This document shows, in pieces, positions 36,457 through 41,719 of a DNA stretch of 41,719 nucleotides. A program made the translations under genes and the position numbers. Position 1 is the stretch's first letter. The number at the start of each line of letters is the position of its first letter. The notes beneath the pieces are model-generated. The model ran no database searches, was not told where the DNA came from, and saw only the letters and a list, made by a program, of their open reading frames with translations. Source of the DNA: a virus (Duplodnaviria > Caudoviricetes); IMG/VR virus record IMGVR_UViG_3300023174_000315, positions 1-41,719 of that record; one strand, given 5' to 3'.

Positions 36457-37239
36457 TTAATTATTAGGCTCCAAGAATACTGGAGTTTGAGAAATCAAAT
36501 TACCTTGACTATTGAAAACATAACTAGTAGTACCAGTTAATACATTTTGTAGTGTTAGTGGATCAGTACTTCTTAAATATCCCCTATAAACTATATCATA
36601 GTTTCCAAAAACATTATTGCCACCAACTATCAATGTTCCATATCCAACTGGTACTGGTCCACCTTCTCCAACTGTATTAACTGGTCCATTAAATAAATAT
36701 GAAGTTGGTCCACCAATATCTCCTTCAATTGGGTCAGTTTGTTGAGCTACAAATGGTACAGATGGTGGTGGTTTAGAAAGTAAAGTAGCTACACCAGCAG
36801 CAATCAATCCTATTCCACCTACAATTAAAGCTGTTCCTAATATTGGACCAAGTCCAGGTATAGCAAAAGCAAAAACGCCAATAACAATCGAAATTGCTCC
36901 AACAGCAAATTGTACGATAGTTTTTCCAGCATCACCAGCGCCAATAATCACTGGAACAACATCTATACTTTCTAATTTTTCTTTATTAAATTCAACAAAA
37001 ATTTCTGATTCTAAAATTGTTTCTGGTTTTTCAATTGTTGGCTTTTCTCTATAAGAAATAGGATTTTTATTTACATATATAATATATTCAAATTCTTCAC
37101 TATTATCAAGAAGCCATTTTTTAATTTTTTTACTATTTGCTTCTATAGCTCTAAACGCTTCTGCTACACTTGAGATTTCAAATTCCCAAGATTCTCCTAT
37201 CGCTTGACCTAAAGCGCCATGTAAATTAACCTTAGTCAT
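36457..37239 (-). CDS. Tail assembly protein, lambda gpI-like
   Basis: MTKVNLHGALG...SVAEAFRAI, IDVVPVIIGAG, a hydrophobic segment, then SYLFNGPVNT..EGGPVPVGYG. Start set at ATG 37239, overlapping the K-like stop. Confidence 0.88.
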   Translation of the reverse strand: MTKVNLHGALGQAIGESWEFEISSVAEAFRAIEANSKKIKKWLLDNSEEFEYIIYVNKNPISYREKPTIEKPETILESEIFVEFNKEKLESIDVVPVIIGAGDAGKTIVQFAVGAISIVIGVFAFAIPGLGPILGTALIVGGIGLIAAGVATLLSKPPPSVPFVAQQTDPIEGDIGGPTSYLFNGPVNTVGEGGPVPVGYGTLIVGGNNVFGNYDIVYRGYLRSTDPLTLQNVLTGTTSYVFNSQGNLISQTPVFLEPNN

Positions 37240-37960
37240 TTTCCTTGCTCCTAAAGGCATAAGATGTACGCCTCTTATAAAAATTACAATAATTATCAAT
37301 TTTTGAGAAACCAAATAAAGGTTGATGCAAGATTTTATTGTCTCCTAGATATATAGCAAAATGTTTAGCTTTATTAAAGCTAAAAGTATCCATTAAAAGA
37401 ATGTCGTGAGTTTTAATATCATTAATTGAAATTTGTATAAAACCATTATCTTTATAAAATTTTAATACTTCATTTTCTATATTCATATTTTCAAGAGTTT
37501 GAGAGTAAAAACTTTTATCATATTTAAATTCTATTTTCTTTTCTTTTTTATAAAAATCCTCTACCAAGCTAAAACAATCATACTTACCCAATTCAAAATA
37601 TCTTCCAATATATGTATTATTTTTTTTATTAAATGGTTCGTATACTTTAAATGCATCATCTTTAATAAAGTACAGAATTAGATCACAGCTCATTGCTTCT
37701 GCGCAGATTTTATCTTGTTCGCTAAATTCTTCAAAATCATTAGTATGACTATGATATATAGCAATTATGTTATATCTTGATTTTATATTTAAAAAATCTA
37801 TTCCAGAAATTTCGAAGTTTATTTGTTTATTTTTTGCTATATTAGTAGTAGGTATGCATTTAAATTCATTGTTTTCTTCTACAATAAAACCACAAGTTTC
37901 ATTTGGTGAATCTTCCAAACTCTTTTTCTTAATAAATTTTTTAATTTTATTATCTATCAT
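37232..37960 (-). CDS. Tail tip assembly protein, lambda gpK-like (JAB/MPN plus NlpC/P60 domains)
   Basis: PNETCG, IYHSH...S..D, GKYDCFSLV and HFAIYLGDNKILH; start at ATG 37960 or 37969. Confidence 0.9.
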   Translation of the reverse strand: MIDNKIKKFIKKKSLEDSPNETCGFIVEENNEFKCIPTTNIAKNKQINFEISGIDFLNIKSRYNIIAIYHSHTNDFEEFSEQDKICAEAMSCDLILYFIKDDAFKVYEPFNKKNNTYIGRYFELGKYDCFSLVEDFYKKEKKIEFKYDKSFYSQTLENMNIENEVLKFYKDNGFIQISINDIKTHDILLMDTFSFNKAKHFAIYLGDNKILHQPLFGFSKIDNYCNFYKRRTSYAFRSKEND

Positions 37961-37961
37961 A

Positions 37962-39341
37962 TTAGACATTTGGTTGATTAGTTCCAGGAAATCCACCAAA
38001 AGGAAGAAATCCATTTAAATAGTTGCCATTTGCATCTTTTGGAATTCCATGAGATTGTGAGTCATATGGATTTTCTGCTCCTGGCCTTCTTGGAAAACCT
38101 GCTCCAGTATAATAATTTCCAGAAAATTCTGCACTAAATTGATAAGGTTGAGTTCCATATATATTATCTCCAGCAGTTAATATAAATTTAAAAGTATTTA
38201 AATCCCATCCACCTCTATTTGTAGGCCAAAGAACTGGTCTAAATGCTGGATTTTTTAACCATCTAAGTCTACAAGATGAAAGATTTTTTGCGCAACTATC
38301 TGCTGCCCAAAAATTATTATTAGGAGGAGAATTAAATGGATTAGATAAATGATTATTTGTGCAAACAAAATAATATTTCAAACCATTTTTTTCAAAGAAA
38401 ACAAAATCTCCAGATTGATAATTTCCATTCAATTGCCAAGATCCAGAATTACCTAATACTCCAGTTAATCTATTGATTGCGGTATTTTCAGCTGTGCCAG
38501 GAACTCCAGTAGCAAATATTCCACCAACAAACAATTGATCATTTTCCGTTGCAACTGGAGGAGCAGTTTGTAAAAGACTAACATTAACTTCTGGATTTAA
38601 AGTATAAGCATATACTCCACTGTGTAAATATGTTTTTCTTGAATTATATTCATAACAACATCCTTCTCCTCTATATTGCCATGGACATTTTAAAGCTAAA
38701 ATAGTTCTTCCTGGTAATTCTAAATTTTCCACATCTAAAATAGAAGCTAATGTATATTGAACTATACTTTTGTTTTCTAAATTTTTTCTATCAACATAAT
38801 AAATATCTCTTGGTAATTCTATTTCATAAATCCCAGTTTGAGTTGTAAATGGATTATATCCTTCAACAAAATTTGCGCCATCTAAATATTTTAAAAAAGT
38901 TTTAATTCTTGTGAATTTTGCTCCTACGATATCACCAAGTGATTGCATTTGCATTCTTATATATCTATAGAATGAATTAGTAGATTGATCTGGTGAATAA
39001 TTATTAATTGTTATCTTTGGTGTTGGTAATGCTCCTGCGTTTGTATATTCAAATCCTTCTGTTTGAATTGGAAATGGAAAATAATAGTTATTGCGCCATT
39101 TTAACAATCCATCAGAATTATTTACTACATTAAATAAATTAAAATCATTATATATTCTTAATATTCCATTATTCATTGGCTGATTAGTGCCAAAATTGTA
39201 ATTAGCGCTTTGAGGAGTAATTTCAGTTAAATCAAGCTCAAAAAGGTCTATTCTTGTAGAGGCTTCTAGTGAACTTAATTCTGTGTTAAGATCCCTGTAT
39301 CCACTTAAAATTTGATTATATACTTCAATTGACGTAGGCAT
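37962..39341 (-). CDS. Minor tail protein, lambda gpL-like, with insertions
   Basis: DIVGAKFTRIKTFLKYLD, CPWQYRGEGC, DSCAKNLSSCRLR and LPFGGFPG. Confidence 0.92.
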   Translation of the reverse strand: MPTSIEVYNQILSGYRDLNTELSSLEASTRIDLFELDLTEITPQSANYNFGTNQPMNNGILRIYNDFNLFNVVNNSDGLLKWRNNYYFPFPIQTEGFEYTNAGALPTPKITINNYSPDQSTNSFYRYIRMQMQSLGDIVGAKFTRIKTFLKYLDGANFVEGYNPFTTQTGIYEIELPRDIYYVDRKNLENKSIVQYTLASILDVENLELPGRTILALKCPWQYRGEGCCYEYNSRKTYLHSGVYAYTLNPEVNVSLLQTAPPVATENDQLFVGGIFATGVPGTAENTAINRLTGVLGNSGSWQLNGNYQSGDFVFFEKNGLKYYFVCTNNHLSNPFNSPPNNNFWAADSCAKNLSSCRLRWLKNPAFRPVLWPTNRGGWDLNTFKFILTAGDNIYGTQPYQFSAEFSGNYYTGAGFPRRPGAENPYDSQSHGIPKDANGNYLNGFLPFGGFPGTNQPNV

Positions 39342-39349
39342 ATATAATA

Positions 39350-39883
39350 TTAAACTGGAACTTCACGGAATGTTGTTTTTATTGAATAGTTGTTATATGA
39401 ATTATAGTTCTGGGTCCAATTTTCACAAATAAATCTTGTATTAATTTGACTAGTGCTTTTGCTATAAGTAGTTGGAACATTATATATAAAAGATTGATAT
39501 CCTTTTCTTTGAGCTAAGAAATGTAATATAGATACTGCTTCAATTTCAGTTTTATTTTCAAATTGCAATTCCATATTTAATAAATTAGAATTAATTCCAT
39601 CTGGTATTCTTTGTTGATATCCATTACCAAATTGAACTTTTACAACTCTTGGTTCAGAGTTAACTGCACTATTATATGAAGGCTTCCAAAAGAAATTAGG
39701 TAATGTTAAAGCATTAATTGCTATATATCCATCCCAAGCAGTTTGTAACGTAGTTGATGGAGTATTTCCTACGTTATTATCTCTTAATGAGTAATAATAT
39801 TTACTATTATAGGATACAATAGCATACTTATTGTATGTTGTCCCTACTAACCAAGTTGGTACTGTGTCATTTATACTTGCCAT
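39350..39883 (-). CDS. Distal tail protein, lambda gpM-like, with an N-terminal CBM-like module
   Basis: FFWKP, PRVVKVQFGNGYQQRIPDGIN and C-terminal TTFREV. Confidence 0.88.
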   Translation of the reverse strand: MASINDTVPTWLVGTTYNKYAIVSYNSKYYYSLRDNNVGNTPSTTLQTAWDGYIAINALTLPNFFWKPSYNSAVNSEPRVVKVQFGNGYQQRIPDGINSNLLNMELQFENKTEIEAVSILHFLAQRKGYQSFIYNVPTTYSKSTSQINTRFICENWTQNYNSYNNYSIKTTFREVPV

Positions 39884-39905
39884 AAACCTTTTACCTTCTT
39901 AATAT

Positions 39906-39926
39906 TTACACTTAAAAAGGGTGTAA
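39906..39926. promoter_or_regulatory. Back-to-back divergent GTGTAA motifs
   Basis: TTACAC at 39906-39911 (- strand, 28 nt before the M-like ATG) and GTGTAA at 39921-39926 (+ strand, 15 nt before ATG 39936). Confidence 0.7.
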
Positions 39927-39935
39927 TTATAGGTA

Positions 39936-40736
39936 ATGTTTAAAGTTTCAAACATAGATAATCAAGCCATTTATATCAATGATAAGTTCTTATCTGGAGT
40001 ACAAAGTTTAAGTTTAAACTATGAAACTAATATAACTCCTCAAATAAATATCTCTGATACTGGTTTAAATTATAATATAACTAAACCAATAGTCGCAGAA
40101 ATGTCGCTAGATTATTATTTATCGGATAATGATATTTTTATAAATTATACTGGAAATTCATTTTTTAGTGGTAAAATTGAGTATGCTGATAAATATCTAA
40201 CATTCACAAGTGGATTTATATCAAATTATTCTTTAGAATATACCATAGATCAGCCAGTTTTAGCTAGCGTTAATGCTACTTTATATGGATATAATTCTAA
40301 CTCAACTGGTTATAAAGTAAATGTAACTAAAAATATAAATTTTCAGCCAACGAATTACTATGCTGATATAAATTATAATTTAGTAGATTCAAATAGATTA
40401 GAAAAATTTTCAATCAATATTACAACTGATCGATTACCAAATTATGAAATAGGCAAATTTTTACCAGAATATGTATCAGTAAAGTATCCAATTAAAATTG
40501 ATACTTCATTTATTTTTTCAATAAGTGAGTATATGCCATATAATCCAACAGATTTATTTAATAATTTAATAACTGAAAATGCAAAAATAAATTTTAAAAA
40601 TTATTATACTTCTGAAAATATTTTATCATTTAATTTAGCTAATTTAATAAAAAATAATGAAAATTTAAATTTTGATGTTAATTCTGATGGTAAATTAAAA
40701 ATTAATTTATCAACTTATATATTAAGTGGAGGATAA
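39936..40736 (+). CDS. Tail tube protein paralog (baseplate tube/initiator-like)
   Basis: Collinear similarity to 22228..23358: LSGVQS/LQRVQT, GFISNYS/GFISSYS, DRLPNYEIG..VKYPI/SRTPIDRLG..IDFPV. Confidence 0.7.
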   Translation: MFKVSNIDNQAIYINDKFLSGVQSLSLNYETNITPQINISDTGLNYNITKPIVAEMSLDYYLSDNDIFINYTGNSFFSGKIEYADKYLTFTSGFISNYSLEYTIDQPVLASVNATLYGYNSNSTGYKVNVTKNINFQPTNYYADINYNLVDSNRLEKFSINITTDRLPNYEIGKFLPEYVSVKYPIKIDTSFIFSISEYMPYNPTDLFNNLITENAKINFKNYYTSENILSFNLANLIKNNENLNFDVNSDGKLKINLSTYILSGG

Positions 40737-40738
40737 AT

Positions 40739-41719
40739 ATGGGACAAATTATAGATACAAAACAAGGAACTAGAGGTTGTGCTTTTAATAATAGATTTAA
40801 TTTTGAAACTATAGGATCTTCTTCTACTGCACAACTTATTGGAATTGGACAGTTTCTTCCAAATTGTGATGCAATAATTTATAGTTCATCAAATGAAACT
40901 ATGAATTTTTCATATTCAGCTGGAGATAATATTATAAATTTATCAAATAATGAAAATGATACATATAATGGTCAATTATCAATCGTATATACAGTAGATA
41001 AATTTGGAGTTATTATAAATTCAACTAAAAATTATATATCTTATAATTCTTCTGCTTCTTACCAAGATACATTCACATCGTATAGTTATCCAAGAAGTTT
41101 TTTTTGTATTAAAAATCCTAAAATATCTAGTTGTGAACCTGAACCAGAGACAAATTGTCAATATGGTGGTAAATGCGGAATTGACCCAACCGAATGCGAA
41201 ATTAACCCAGGAGCTTATGCATGTTCTCAAGATCCAAATGACTTTTTAAGCTGCACACAACATACAAGAAATGATGAACAGAGTAGTTTCATCTCTGGTG
41301 GAGGTCCAAAACATAATTTATGGGCTAGGTCAAATTGTAATTATAGTTTTATTAATAAATTGTCAGAAAAAAAGGATTGGAGTTTCTTTTTTGGGTTAGC
41401 AAAACAAAGTTCTAATATTAAACTTAATTTATTAGATAAGAATCAATCACAAAATTGTGCTGGAGATAAATGTGAAGGAGATGCAGAAGGTTGTTGGGTT
41501 ACATGGTATGGAACAACTGTTCTTGATACTGGTGAAGGAGCAGGATCAACTAGTGCAACTAGTCAAAGATGGAAAACTAGAGTTAGAAAAGTAGACCTTA
41601 ATGACGAAGAGTTACAGAAGTACACTATCACAGTCGAGAGTAAATACTATCTACAAATTCCAGTTGAAGGCAGCGATCCAATACGAATCCTCGTAGATAG
41701 CGGAACTGATACTTTCTCT
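40739..41719 (+). CDS. Cys-rich hypothetical protein, 3'-truncated (absent from the ORF track)
   Basis: ATG 40739 follows GGAGG; 327 codons open to the window end (MGQIIDTKQG...); 13 Cys. Confidence 0.8.
   Translation, partial: MGQIIDTKQGTRGCAFNNRFNFETIGSSSTAQLIGIGQFLPNCDAIIYSSSNETMNFSYSAGDNIINLSNNENDTYNGQLSIVYTVDKFGVIINSTKNYISYNSSASYQDTFTSYSYPRSFFCIKNPKISSCEPEPETNCQYGGKCGIDPTECEINPGAYACSQDPNDFLSCTQHTRNDEQSSFISGGGPKHNLWARSNCNYSFINKLSEKKDWSFFFGLAKQSSNIKLNLLDKNQSQNCAGDKCEGDAEGCWVTWYGTTVLDTGEGAGSTSATSQRWKTRVRKVDLNDEELQKYTITVESKYYLQIPVEGSDPIRILVDSGTDTFS

Noticed and set aside
33470-38627. GTGTAA copies inside coding sequence (1704, 33470, 38622)
   Set aside because: They are not positioned before a credible gene start and are expected by chance for a 6-mer.
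31860-39940. Actively invertible segment (shufflon-like) for the tail-tip operon
   Set aside because: No inverted repeats are visible at the two boundaries and no recombinase gene is in the window.

Overview
This is a 41.7-kb, strongly AT-rich segment of a large tailed dsDNA phage, covering the late or virion region. It looks siphovirus-like (no tail sheath is seen), and lipoprotein/spanin-like lysis genes point to a diderm host. On the + strand the order is: end of a tail-fibre gene, an LRR protein, holin and lipoprotein/spanin-like genes, a LamG protein, endolysin, a glycosyltransferase-like gene, prohead protease-scaffold, decoration protein, major capsid protein, two very large fibre/adhesin genes, neck genes, tail tube, putative chaperones and a tape measure gene. 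A lambda-like M-L-K-I-J tail-tip operon lies on the - strand and converges on the tape measure gene. A tail-tube paralog and a Cys-rich ORF follow on the + strand. Five observations stand out. (1) The repeat-built adhesins (a plant-type LRR and a 7-blade propeller) have constant frameworks with variable surface positions, and the fibre genes share a linker cassette, one pair identical over 55 bp. (2) The tape measure gene is split at an A10 run containing A_AAA_AAG, giving a -1 frame shift. (3) A GTGTA motif precedes about 12 gene starts in two spacing classes, consistent with leaderless and leadered transcripts. (4) The tail-tip operon is inverted and sits behind a back-to-back promoter pair. 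(5) Virion proteins are enriched in [S/T]G dipeptides, next to a glycosyltransferase-like gene. All calls come from reading the sequence and recalling motifs; no database searches were run.
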